Source: an uncultured Gemmatimonadaceae bacterium (GTDB taxonomy: Bacteria; Gemmatimonadota; Gemmatimonadetes; Gemmatimonadales; Gemmatimonadaceae). From it: a stretch of 64,000 nt of DNA. The stretch is taken from the NCBI GenBank assembly GCA_963829055.1, contig CAWHHI010000020.1, forward strand, positions 544,001 to 608,000, read 5' to 3'. This document shows, one piece after another, positions 1 to 11,031 of the stretch. The notes under the pieces are model-generated. The model was given only the letters and a program-made list of their open reading frames with translations, made no database searches and was not told where the DNA came from. The position numbers and the translations under genes were made by a program. The number at the start of each line of letters is the position of its first letter. Position 1 is the stretch's first letter.

Positions 1-845
1 TCGCTCAGGTCGAGACGCCCGTCGCGGTTGAGGTCATCCATCCGGCCGTCGCCGTTCGCGTCGATGATCACGTCCGCTGCGTCACCGTACTGGTGACGGC
101 TCGCGCGCGCAGCACCTTCGGCGACGATCCGCTCGTTGTAGTACGGCGCCCGGAATCCGCTCAGCACCCTGACGCGGTCCGTCGCCACGCCGTGCGCGGC
201 GAGATCCGCGAGCACGAGCTCGAGCTTGTCGATCAGCGGCTCCTGCAACACCGCGTACTTGGGCCACACATCGCGCTGGTCGTGCGTGAGGAAATCGGCG
301 AGCACGAAGTGCTCGGACAACCTGAGTCCCGCGGTCGCCGGCGTGACTTCGATGAAGCCGTCCGGGTTCCAGTACTTCCGCCCCATCATCCATCGCTCCG
401 ATGGCCATCGACCGAGGCGGTACCCCTGAAGCACCTCACCCCGCTTCTCGCCGAACGGCCGCAGCACGATGAACGCGAACGGCGTCGACGACCCATTGGC
501 CGCGACCTGATGAATGGCGGGCTCGCGTATCGCGCGCTCGCCGTACGTCGAGATGAAGCTGGGAAGTGCGATCGCGGTCACGCGCGTCAGCGTCTTGAAA
601 CGCAGCTTGCCGCTCTGCCCGAACAGCGTGTCCGCGACGGGGAACGACGACAGCGTGGCGACGTTCGCGGTATCGGGTGGCGCGGACACACCGGCGAGCG
701 CGTCGACGGCCTCGCTCTCAGGCGCGCGGAGCAGGTCTGCATCACCACGCGCCGTCGACACCGCGCGCGCGATGCCCGCGACGGCGACGACGGCGGCAAC
801 GAGCGCGATGGTGCGTCTGCCGGTGGGGGACCCGAGCCATTTCAT
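1..845 (-). CDS. Peptidase M15A-like (D-Ala-D-Ala carboxypeptidase family) exported protein, 3' end outside window
   Basis: Manual translation from ATG at 845 (MKWLGSPTGRRTIALVAAVVAVAGIA, signal/anchor-like). Contains SGFRAPYYN and SRHQYGDAAD Zn-peptidase motifs followed by DANGDGRMDDLNRDGRLD. Absent from the ORF track because it runs off the edge. Confidence 0.75.
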   Translation of the reverse strand, partial: MKWLGSPTGRRTIALVAAVVAVAGIARAVSTARGDADLLRAPESEAVDALAGVSAPPDTANVATLSSFPVADTLFGQSGKLRFKTLTRVTAIALPSFISTYGERAIREPAIHQVAANGSSTPFAFIVLRPFGEKRGEVLQGYRLGRWPSERWMMGRKYWNPDGFIEVTPATAGLRLSEHFVLADFLTHDQRDVWPKYAVLQEPLIDKLELVLADLAAHGVATDRVRVLSGFRAPYYNERIVAEGAARASRHQYGDAADVIIDANGDGRMDDLNRDGRLDLS

Positions 846-865
846 GTCCGCAATTTACCACCAGG

Positions 866-971
866 TGTCATCCCGAGCGTCAGCGAGGGACCTTGCGTGA
901 AGTACTGGTGGCCAGTCGGCTACGAGTACCTCACAGAAGGTCCCTCGTCGCTAGCCGCTCCTCGGGATGAC
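866..971. repeat. REP/REPIN-like palindromic element, family A (TGTCATCCCGAGCG subtype)
   Basis: TGTCATCCCGAGCGTCAGCGAGGGACCTT...AAGGTCCCTCGTCGCT...CTCGGGATGAC inverted arms; related copies at 5027, 26035 and 50779. Confidence 0.9.
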
Positions 972-978
972 GACCCCG

Positions 979-2646
979 TCACCAGGCGATCGCGTATGCC
1001 TCGCGACGCGGATCCGCGCCCGCCACTCGGCCGCCCGATGGCGTAAGCATGATCACCTGCGCGCCACCGAACTCCTCACTCGGCTCCTGCAGCGTCACCT
1101 GATGCCCACGCCGGGTAAGCGCCTCGCGGACGTCTGCCGCGATACCAGGCTCCACGCCGATGCGCTCGCGGCCATACCAGCGGAATCGCGCCGCCTCCAC
1201 CGCCTGCTGCGGCGTTAGGCCGAACTGCAGGATGTTCGTGAGCACCTGCACGAGCGTCTGCGGCTGCCCGTCCCCGCCCGGCGTTCCCACGACCATCATC
1301 AGCGAGCCATCGGGGCGGAGCACCATCGCCGGACACAGCGTATGGAACGGACGCTTCCCGGGGGCGATCACGTTCGCGTGCGTCGTATCGAGCACATACA
1401 GCGACCCGCGATTGTGGAGCGTGACGCCAGTGCCCGGCACCATCCGGCCGCTCCCGAAGGCGGCGAACAGGCTCTGGATCATCGACACCGCATTTCCGTC
1501 CTTGTCGATGACGCCGAGGTACACGGTGTCGCCCGTGCCATCGCGGTTCGCGTTCGCGTCGCCGTCATTGGCCTTGAGCTTGTCGCGCAGGCGACGCGCG
1601 AGATCCGCCGCGTAGTCCTTGGAGATCAGCTTCGCGACGGGCACCTCCGAGAACGCCGGATCGGCGACGTACTTGTCGCGATCCGCGTACGCGAGCTTCG
1701 CTCCTTCGACCAGCGAGTGGATGTAGTCCGCCGAGTTGCGGCCCATCGGCTTGAGATCCGATAGCTCGGCGATGTTGAGCTGTTCCAGCAGCGTCACGCC
1801 CTGCGTGTTAGGCGGAAACGCGATCACCGGGTTGCCGAGGTACGTGCTCGAGATCGGCTTCTCCCACGTGGAGTGGTGGCGCGCAAGATCGCTCGCGGTG
1901 AGCAGGCCGCCCTCCTTCTCCATGAACTGCGCGATCTGCTTGGCGAGCGCTCCCTTGTAGACGACGTCCGGCCCGCCGGCGGCGATCGCGCGCAGCGTAC
2001 GCGCGAGATCGGGCTGTTTGAGCAGCGACCCCACGGGCGGCGCTTCACCGTTAGGCAGGAAGATGCGCGCGAGCTCCGGATCCGCGGCGACCTTCTTCTT
2101 CGACTCGGTGATGTCGGCGTTGAGCCGCGGCGACACGGGGAATCCACGCTCGGCGTAGCGGATCGCCGGCTGCAGCGCCTGCGACAGCGTGATGGTGCCG
2201 TACTTCTGGAGCGCGTCGGCCCAGCCGCGGACAGCGCCGGGCACCGAAACGGAGAGGATGCCCGTGCCCGGCACGGCTTTCATCCCCTTGGCACTGAAGA
2301 ACGCAGGCGTCGCCTTGCTTCCGGCTCGGCCGCTGCCATTCAGTGCCACGATCTCGCCCGTCTTCGCGAGACGAATGAGCATGAAGTTGTCGCCACCGAC
2401 GCCGTTCATGTGCGGCCTGACGACGGTGAGCAGCGCCGCCATCGTGATCGCCGCATCGACGGCGTTGCCGCCGCGCTTGATCACTTCCATGCCGGCGGCG
2501 GACGCGAGCACGTGGTCCGACGTCACGGCGGCGTCGATTCCGCCGACATCCGGACGCATCGACGGCAGTTGGGCGATTGCCGGTGCCGCCAGGAACGGAA
2601 GCAGCGCGAGCGCGCGAGTGGTCGAAAGGAATCGAGGCATATGCAT
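979..2646 (-). CDS. ggt: Gamma-glutamyltransferase
   Basis: Signal peptide, GGNAVDAAI, NGVGGDNF, autocleavage Thr (GDTVY), PGKRPFHTL, GTPGGDGQPQ, GADPRRE. Confidence 0.95.
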   Translation of the reverse strand: MHMPRFLSTTRALALLPFLAAPAIAQLPSMRPDVGGIDAAVTSDHVLASAAGMEVIKRGGNAVDAAITMAALLTVVRPHMNGVGGDNFMLIRLAKTGEIVALNGSGRAGSKATPAFFSAKGMKAVPGTGILSVSVPGAVRGWADALQKYGTITLSQALQPAIRYAERGFPVSPRLNADITESKKKVAADPELARIFLPNGEAPPVGSLLKQPDLARTLRAIAAGGPDVVYKGALAKQIAQFMEKEGGLLTASDLARHHSTWEKPISSTYLGNPVIAFPPNTQGVTLLEQLNIAELSDLKPMGRNSADYIHSLVEGAKLAYADRDKYVADPAFSEVPVAKLISKDYAADLARRLRDKLKANDGDANANRDGTGDTVYLGVIDKDGNAVSMIQSLFAAFGSGRMVPGTGVTLHNRGSLYVLDTTHANVIAPGKRPFHTLCPAMVLRPDGSLMMVVGTPGGDGQPQTLVQVLTNILQFGLTPQQAVEAARFRWYGRERIGVEPGIAADVREALTRRGHQVTLQEPSEEFGGAQVIMLTPSGGRVAGADPRREAYAIAW

Positions 2647-2651
2647 CGTCG

Positions 2652-3393
2652 TTAGGTGTCGGATCGACCGGCCGGCATCGCGGACTGGTCGATCATCCAG
2701 ATGGTGCGTTCACGTGAAGAAACCATCGCGGCCGGATAGCGGCGGGCCGTGTCCTCCCCGGACAGGATCTCTCCGATGACCGGACGCTTGTCCGCACCCG
2801 CGATGAGGAACATCGCGCATCGCGCGCCATTCAGAAATGGGAGTGTCGTCGTGACGCGCGGTACGGCAGGCTGAACCGCCGTTGGCGCCGCGACGGCGAC
2901 CGCAAAGCGAGTCTGCTCCTCGAGCGCGGGCGATCCAGGGAACAGCGACGCGGTATGGCCGTCTGGGCCAACGCCCAGAAGGACGAGATCGATGCCGTCG
3001 CGGACGAGTCGGCGTCAGCGTCGCGTCGTAGGCAGCGGCCGCGGCATCCACCGTCGCCGTATCGGTTGGCACCGCGTGCACGCGCTCGTGCGGAATGGGC
3101 ACTCGCGAGAGCAACGCCTCGCGTGCCATCCTGTAGTTGCTGCGCTGATCGTCCGCGGGCACGAAGCGCTCGTCGCCGAAAACGATGTTGGTCCGCGACC
3201 AGTCGATCGCGTCGCGATGTCGCGTCGCCAACAGCTCGTACGTTCGCCGCGGCGTGTTGCCGCCCGCGAGCGCCAACGTGAACCGTCCGCGCGCCGCAAC
3301 GCTCTCACGAGCGATCGCCACGATCTCGTCGGCCGCGGCATCGCTCAACGCCTCGAGGTCGCGGAATGGTCGAACGTCGCGGGCGCTCGTCAT
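2652..3393 (-). CDS. pgl: 6-phosphogluconolactonase (apparent frameshifts near 3010 and 2760)
   Basis: LALAGGNTP and FGDERFVP in the first frame; DLVLLGVGPDGHTASLFP in another frame; C-terminus ...RTIWMIDQSAMPAGRSDT with TAA at 2652-2654; downstream of zwf. Confidence 0.9.
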
Positions 3394-3415
3394 CTCGTGC
3401 CAGAGCAACTCGTGG

Positions 3416-4975
<1,560 letters not shown>

Positions 4976-5026
4976 TGTAACGCGTCCCCGCTCGTTTGCA
5001 GTTCAGACCTAACGATTGGCAACCAC

Positions 5027-5158
5027 TGTCATCCCGAGGAGCGCCAGCGCTTGTCATCCCGAGCGACAGCGAGGGATCTTCTGTCCGGTCCTCGTGGATC
5101 GTCCGGCTACGATGCCATCACAGAAGGTCCCTCGTCGCTAGCGCTCCTCGGGATGACA
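5027..5158. repeat. REP/REPIN-like element family A with duplicated left end
   Basis: TGTCATCCCGAGGAGCGCCAGCGCT-TGTCATCCCGAGCGACAGCGAGGGATCTTCTG...CAGAAGGTCCCTCGTCGCTAGCGCTCCTCGGGATGACA, between gnd and zwf. Confidence 0.9.
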
Positions 5159-5162
5159 CAGA

Positions 5163-6068
5163 TCAGCTCTTCTTCACCGCGTGCCCGCCAAACTGATTGC
5201 GGAGCGCCGACAGCAGGCGGTCCGTGTACGATTCGGAGTCACGCGAGCGCAGACGCTGTAGCAGCGCCAGCGTGATGACCGGCGCCGGCACGTCGAGGTC
5301 GATCGCCTCCGCCACCGTCCATCGCCCCTCGCCCGAGTCCGACACGTACGGTGCGATGGACGACAGGTCCTGGTCGTCGTGCAGGGCGCGCGCCGTGAGA
5401 TCCAGCAGCCACGATCGTACCACGCTGCCCGTGCGCCACAGCTCGGCGATCTGCGCCAGGTCGAGATCGAATTCCTTCTTGTGCTTGAGGATCGAGAAGC
5501 CTTCGGCATACGCCTGCATCATGCCGTACTCGATCCCGTTGTGGACCATCTTCGTGAAGTGGCCCGACCCGACCGGACCGACGTGTCCCCAGCCCTGATC
5601 CTTTGCCGGCGCGAGCGTCTCGAAGATCGGGCGGATGCGATCGACTGCCTCGTTAGGTCCGCCAACCATGAGGCTGTAGCCCTCCGTCAGCCCCCAGATC
5701 CCGCCGCTCGTACCGGCGTCCACGAAATGCAATCCGCGCTCGGCGACCATGGCCGAGCGGCGGATCGATTCCTTGTAGTTGCTGTTGCCGCCGTCGATGA
5801 TCGTGTCGCCCGAGGCGAGCAGGTCGGCGAGCGCGCGCACCGTGTTTTCGGTGGGGTCGCCCGCGGGAACCATGATCCAGACCGCGCGCGGAGCCGCGAG
5901 CTGCTTGACGAGATCCTCGAGCGTGTTCGCGCCGCGAGCCCCGTTGGTCGTCGCGGCTTTGACGGCGTCCGCGGTCCGATCGAATGCGACGACCTCATGC
6001 CCACCGCGAACGAGCCGCGTCGTCATGTTCGCGCCCATCTTTCCCAGTCCCACCATCCCTAGCTGCAT
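5163..6068 (-). CDS. gnd: 6-phosphogluconate dehydrogenase, decarboxylating (short YqeC type)
   Basis: GMVGLGKMG, IIDGGNS, DAGTSGG, KMVHNGIEYG, DSGEGRWT, LRNQFGGH. Confidence 0.97.
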   Translation of the reverse strand: MQLGMVGLGKMGANMTTRLVRGGHEVVAFDRTADAVKAATTNGARGANTLEDLVKQLAAPRAVWIMVPAGDPTENTVRALADLLASGDTIIDGGNSNYKESIRRSAMVAERGLHFVDAGTSGGIWGLTEGYSLMVGGPNEAVDRIRPIFETLAPAKDQGWGHVGPVGSGHFTKMVHNGIEYGMMQAYAEGFSILKHKKEFDLDLAQIAELWRTGSVVRSWLLDLTARALHDDQDLSSIAPYVSDSGEGRWTVAEAIDLDVPAPVITLALLQRLRSRDSESYTDRLLSALRNQFGGHAVKKS

Positions 6069-6131
6069 GTCGCCCTCGGTTGACGGTATTTAAAACATGA
6101 CATGCTCGGCGCATGGATGGATGACTCGGAT

Positions 6132-6261
6132 CGCGGAAGGCGGAGGGCGGAGGGCGGAGGGCGGAGGGCGGAACGCGGGACGCGGCCGTTGGACGGGGAA
6201 CGGACGCGACCCACGGCGGTCGCGTTGTTCCGCCGTCCGCCCTCCGCTGTCCGCCTTCCGG
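6132..6261. repeat. Heptamer tandem repeat (GGCGGAG)n with an inverted degenerate copy
   Basis: GCGGAAGGCGGAGGGCGGAGGGCGGAGGGCGGAGGGCGGAA then TTCCGCCGTCCGCCCTCCGCTGTCCGCCTTCCG; similar tract near 50885. Confidence 0.8.
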
Positions 6262-6280
6262 CAGTCGGCGGCCGGTTCTA

Positions 6281-6302
6281 GAATTAGATACTTAGCTAAA
6301 TA
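6281..6302 (+). promoter_or_regulatory. Candidate autorepressor operator TTAG-N8-CTAA in an AT-rich promoter
   Basis: GAATTAGATACTTAGCTAAATA, an imperfect inverted repeat 12 nt upstream of the ArsR/SdpR start codon. Confidence 0.6.
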
Positions 6303-6314
6303 TTGAATTCTTGA

Positions 6315-6590
6315 ATGAACGACGTCTTCCGCGCACTCGCCGACCCAACCCGACGCGAAATCCTCAAGCTCCTGCGAGCAGGACCGCGCACGTCCGGCGA
6401 AATCGCCGACCGGTTCCCTTCCACATGGGCTACCGTCTCGCGACACCTTGGCATCCTCAAGGATGCCAAGCTCGTGTTGGCTGAGCGCGATGGGCAGAGC
6501 ATACGGTACGAGTTGAACACCACGGTATTTCAGGAGGTCGTCGAGCACATGCTCGATTGGACCAAGCCCCCACGGAGGCCCAATGCGTAG
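6315..6590 (+). CDS. ArsR-family (SdpR-like) transcriptional repressor
   Basis: FRALADPTRREILKLL, VSRHLGILKDAKLV, YELNTTVFQE; overlaps the downstream SdpI-like gene. Confidence 0.9.
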   Translation: MNDVFRALADPTRREILKLLRAGPRTSGEIADRFPSTWATVSRHLGILKDAKLVLAERDGQSIRYELNTTVFQEVVEHMLDWTKPPRRPNA

Positions 6591-7236
6591 GTGGTTGCCG
6601 GCAGTGCTGATCGCCGGCGCAGTGCTATTCTCGCTCGCAGTTTATTCGAGACTTCCCGATCAGGTGCCCGTCCACTGGGGATCTTCAGGCGAAGCCAACC
6701 GTTACGGCACTCGCATCGAGGGCGCGTTCCTCATGCCGGCGCTCATGATCGCATTGCTGGTGATCATGCGCTGGTATCCATCGCGCGATCCACGCTCGGC
6801 AAACATCGCCAAGTTCCGTGACGCGTACGACACGGTAGTCACCGGAACGATCGCCCTGTTGACCGGAATCCACGTGCTCGCCCTGGGGGATGCACTCGGG
6901 TGGCAGGTCGACATGGCCAGAGCGGTCATGATCAGCATCGGCGTGTTGTTCATTCTGGTGGGCAACCTGCTCCCGGTCGTTCGATCGAACTTCATCCTCG
7001 GCATCCGGACGCCGTGGACGTTGTCGAGTGAGACGGTGTGGACGCGCTCGCACCGCGTGGGCGGCTACGCCATGGTCGGCGCCGGCGTGATCACGATTGT
7101 CGGCGCGCTGGTGGCCCGGCCGTGGGGACTCGCGGTTGCATTGGTGAGCTTACTGATCTCCGCCGCGATTCCGATCATCTACTCATACGTATTGTGGACG
7201 AGGGAGCACGGCCGTCCGTCGGACGAGCGACCCTAG
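6583..7236 (+). CDS. SdpI-family membrane protein (DUF1648 + SdpI domains)
   Basis: LPDQVPVHW, NFILGIRTPWTLSSETVWTRSHR; about six hydrophobic helices. Confidence 0.9.
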   Translation: MRRWLPAVLIAGAVLFSLAVYSRLPDQVPVHWGSSGEANRYGTRIEGAFLMPALMIALLVIMRWYPSRDPRSANIAKFRDAYDTVVTGTIALLTGIHVLALGDALGWQVDMARAVMISIGVLFILVGNLLPVVRSNFILGIRTPWTLSSETVWTRSHRVGGYAMVGAGVITIVGALVARPWGLAVALVSLLISAAIPIIYSYVLWTREHGRPSDERP

Positions 7237-7324
7237 CGGGGGGCTGAGCCGGCGGTCAAGCACGCGCCGTGCAATGCGTTGGTGGGAGTGGGTGCGATTC
7301 CGGCACTCGGAGTCGGCTCGCGGG

Positions 7325-7357
7325 CCGATTCCCAATTCCCGATTCCCTATTCCCGAC
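7325..7357. repeat. Heptamer tandem repeat (GATTCCC-like)
   Basis: CCGATTCCCAATTCCCGATTCCCTATTCCCGA; reverse-complement relatives near 26009 and 32755. Confidence 0.65.
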
Positions 7358-7359
7358 GG

Positions 7360-8169
7360 ATGACCGCAGCCGAGCGCCGCAACGAAGACCGAGGACGATT
7401 CCGGGTTCTCTGGGATCTCGTGTTCCGCGGGCTTCGCATGTCATACGGCCACGTCCATTCGTTCACGACGGCGCTCGGGTTGTTTCTCGTCGCGGGCGGA
7501 CTCGTGGCGATCGCGTTCACGTACGCGTTCGCGAGGATCGCGGAGCTCGTGCGAAGCGGCTACACGCAGCCGTTCGATGAGTCGGTGCTTCGCTGGATGG
7601 AACGGCATCAGACGCCGCTGATCGAGCGACTGATGGTCGAGGTCACGATGCTCGGCACCTGGATCGTGGTGCTCAGTATCGTGAGCATCGCGGCGCTATT
7701 CCTCTGGCTGACGCGCCACAAATACTCGGCGACGCTGCTGCTCGTGGCGACGGCCGGCGGTATTGGCCTCAACAACATCCTCAAGGTCGGCTTCTCGCGT
7801 CCGCGTCCTCAGGTCTTCGAGTGGGGCACGACCGCAAGCAGCTCGTCGTTTCCTTCGGGCCATGCGATGAGTGCGACTGTCGTGTACATGACGGTCGCGT
7901 ATCTGGCGGCGCGCCTCCAGAAGACGCACGTCGCGCGGCTCGCGACGCTCGCGGTCGCCGGATTTCTCGTCGCCATCATCTGCTTCAGCCGTCTGTACCT
8001 CGGCGTGCACTACCCATCGGATGTCGTGGCGGGCGTGCTCGTCGGGCTCGCGTGGGCGGCGTTCTGCATGGCGACGCTCGAGGCCATTCAGCGCTTCGCG
8101 AAACGCAATGCGAAGGAGGTGCTCAAGGACGAGGCCCCCGCCCCAGAGCCACAGACGGCGAAGGCCTGA
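7360..8169 (+). CDS. PAP2-family membrane phosphatase (undecaprenyl-PP phosphatase-like)
   Basis: KVGFSRPRP, SFPSGHAM, SRLYLGVHYPSDV catalytic motifs; ATG at 7360. Confidence 0.92.
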   Translation: MTAAERRNEDRGRFRVLWDLVFRGLRMSYGHVHSFTTALGLFLVAGGLVAIAFTYAFARIAELVRSGYTQPFDESVLRWMERHQTPLIERLMVEVTMLGTWIVVLSIVSIAALFLWLTRHKYSATLLLVATAGGIGLNNILKVGFSRPRPQVFEWGTTASSSSFPSGHAMSATVVYMTVAYLAARLQKTHVARLATLAVAGFLVAIICFSRLYLGVHYPSDVVAGVLVGLAWAAFCMATLEAIQRFAKRNAKEVLKDEAPAPEPQTAKA

Positions 8170-8181
8170 GCGGTTGTTCCG

Positions 8182-8934
8182 CTATCGGTGCGCCGTTACT
8201 CCAACCTGGCGGCAGTACTCGAGCACCGGACACGTCGAGCATTTGGGAAGCCGCCCCGTGCAGATGTGCTTCCCGAAAGGCACGAGCAGTCGGTTGATCT
8301 CGATCCAGTACTCGCGCGGAAGCTTCCCCTCGAGCGCGACCATCGTCGCTTCGGGAGAGCTCGTCGCGACGTAGCCCCACCGATTCGTGACACGGTGGAC
8401 GTGAATGTCCACGCTGATCCGCTCAGCCCCGCAAGCGACGCCCATCGTTAGGTTCGCGCACTTGGGGCCGACGCCGCGGAACGATGTGAGGACGTCGAAG
8501 TCGCACGGGAGCTCGCCGCCGAACTCGTCCACCGTACGTCTCGCGATCTCGCGGATCTGGGCGGCCTTCGCCTCGTGAAAGCTGCTCGCGCGGATCAGCG
8601 TGTCGATCTGCGCCACGGACAGCTTCGCCATCTTCTCCGGCGTCGGCGCGCGCTCGAGCAGCTCGATCGCGACCGGCAGGCTCACCTCGTCACGCGTGCG
8701 GATCGAGATGATGCACGCGACGAGCTGCTGGAACACGCTCTTGAACCCGCGCTCTGCGAGGTCGAACATCGCCGCATCGGCATGCTCGGCCACCGCCGCA
8801 CGAATGCGACGGAGCACCGTGTGAATGTCGAAGCGGCGCTTCGATCCCTCGTTGCGGTCGGCGCGCGCGCCACGCGCCGCGGTGGTCTCACGAGTTCGCA
8901 CGAGCACCTGAAGCGCAGAAGCAATGCCGTGCAC
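8182..8934 (-). CDS. nth: Endonuclease III (HhH-GPD, 4Fe-4S); start codon uncertain
   Basis: LTSFRGVGPKCAN HhH, VDIHVHRV, CTGRLPKCSTCPVLEYC cluster motif. Confidence 0.92.
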   Translation of the reverse strand: MHGIASALQVLVRTRETTAARGARADRNEGSKRRFDIHTVLRRIRAAVAEHADAAMFDLAERGFKSVFQQLVACIISIRTRDEVSLPVAIELLERAPTPEKMAKLSVAQIDTLIRASSFHEAKAAQIREIARRTVDEFGGELPCDFDVLTSFRGVGPKCANLTMGVACGAERISVDIHVHRVTNRWGYVATSSPEATMVALEGKLPREYWIEINRLLVPFGKHICTGRLPKCSTCPVLEYCRQVGVTAHR

Positions 8935-9005
8935 CGTCGCACTGGCGGGAAACGCCGTGCCTGCCGAAGCTCATGAGCCTGGCGCCAATCCCAAAAAACA
9001 CACTG

Positions 9006-11013
9006 ATGCGCATCGAACTTTCACTATTGGTCGTCGCGACACTGCTTGGTGCGCCCCTCGTCGCTCAAACGCGTCCGGCGACGGGCGTCGACACGACCGG
9101 TGCCGTGCGTGATGGTCGGCCGACTCCCGGACCCGTCTACGAGATCCCGGAGTTCTCGCGAGCGGTCGAGCGGGGCACGCGTACGCGCACGGGACAACCG
9201 GGCCCGAAGTACTGGACCCAGCAGATCCGCTATCGGATCGACGCCCGCCTCGACCCCGCAGCCGCCCGCATCCGCGGGACCGAGAGGGTGACCTACACGA
9301 ACCGCTCGCCGGACGCACTGCGACAGATCGCCATTCATCTGCGCCAGAACGTGTTCGCGCCCGGCAGCCCGCGGCGGGAGTCCGCTCCGCCCACCGATGG
9401 GATGACGGTCTCGCGCGTGTCGGTGAATGGCCAGGCTGTGCGAGCGGCCCCTCCGGGAACGAATCCCAACCGCGCGCCCGCGGGTACGTTCGCGGTCGAC
9501 GCCACCGTGATGTGGATCTCGCTGTCCGCGCCGCTCCAGCCTAACGACAGTGTGTCGCTCGACATCGCCTGGTCCTACTCACCCGCGCCATCGCCTTCCG
9601 ACGGTCGGCAGGGCCGAGAGAGTGACGTGTACATCACGGGGTACTGGTATCCGCAGGTCGCGGTGTACGACGACGTGCACGGCTGGGTGGCTGACCCGTA
9701 TCTGCTCGAGGCCGAGTTCTACATGGAGCCCGCGGACTACGACGTGCGCGTCACGGCCCCGCGCGGCTGGGTCGTTGGCGCGACGGGCGTGCTGCTGAAC
9801 GCCGACTCCATCCTGTCGTCGGACGTCCGCGCGCGACTGGCCGATGCGCGGCGAACGGGCGATGTCGTTCACGTCGTCACGCCAGCACCCGATGCGTCGC
9901 GTGCAACGAGTGGCCGGGCCCCGACCATCACCTGGCATTTCTCGGCTGACTCCGTCCGCGATTTCGCGTGGGGCGCCGGCAATCACTACGTGTGGGACGC
10001 AACGCGGGCGCTCGTCAGGCGTCGCGACGGCGCGCCCGATACGGTCATGATCCACAGCTTCTTCCGCCGGAGCGCGCCGGCCGCCGCGTGGGCCGTCGGT
10101 GGCGCGCGCTACACGCGCGACGCGATCCAGGAGCTCTCGAAGTACCTGTGGCCGTACCCGTGGCCGCAGATGACGTCAATGGAAGGCGTGCTGACGGGCG
10201 GAGGCATGGAGTACCCGATGATGACGGCCATGCAGCCGTGGGCGGATACGCTGTCGCTGGCCGGAGACCTGATGCACGAGACCGGCCACATGTGGTTTCC
10301 CATGCAGGTCGGCTCGAACGAGACACGCTACCCGTGGATGGACGAGGGATTCACCCAGTTCGACGCCGCGCAGGCAATGCGCGTGCTGTACGGGGAACCG
10401 CGGAGCGGCGGCAGGCCTAACGATTCTGAGCCGGGGCAGCGCGGGCGGTATCTCCGAGCTGTTCGATCCGGGAACGACGCGCCGCTCATGACGTTCGGCG
10501 ACGACATGCCGCGCGACTCGTATTCGGCGATGTACTACGACAAGACATCGCAGGTGCTCGCGGCGCTTCGCGCAGTACTCGGTGAGCAGACCTTTCACCG
10601 CGCGTTCCTCGAGTACGGGCGGCGATGGACGGGCAAACACCCCTACCCGTACGATTTCTTCAACACGATGGCGGACGTCACCGGGCGCGATCTGTCGTGG
10701 TTCTGGTCCGCGTGGATGTACGAGGCGTGGCCACTGGACCAGGCGATCGAGTCGGTGACCACGAGTGGTGATTCCGTCGCTGTCGTCATCGCTGACCGCG
10801 GCCTCGCGCCCATGCCGGTGCTTGTCGCCATCACGCGCGCAGATGGCACCGTGCAGCGGATCGAGCTTCCGGTAGATGCGATGGCTGCGCGGCGAGCGCC
10901 GGCAAACGCTACGGATCTCTGGCAGGCCAGCGATCACGCGAATCGAGATAGACCCTGATGGTCTTTTCCCGGATGTCGATCGTCGCAACCAGGTATGGAT
11001 GCCTAACAAGTGA
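9006..11013 (+). CDS. M1-family exported metalloaminopeptidase (apparent frameshift near 10880)
   Basis: Signal peptide, GGMEYPM, HETGHMWF...WMDEGF; C-terminus IEIDPDGLFPDVDRRNQVWMPNK continues in another frame to TGA at 11013. Confidence 0.9.
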
Positions 11014-11031
11014 TGGCCGGTCGTCCGGCAA

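Noticed and set aside
93..1046. Long plus-strand ORF and similar Arg/Ala-rich shadow ORFs throughout the window
   Set aside because: Antisense or alternative-frame ORFs expected at high GC; they overlap well-supported genes and have no motifs.
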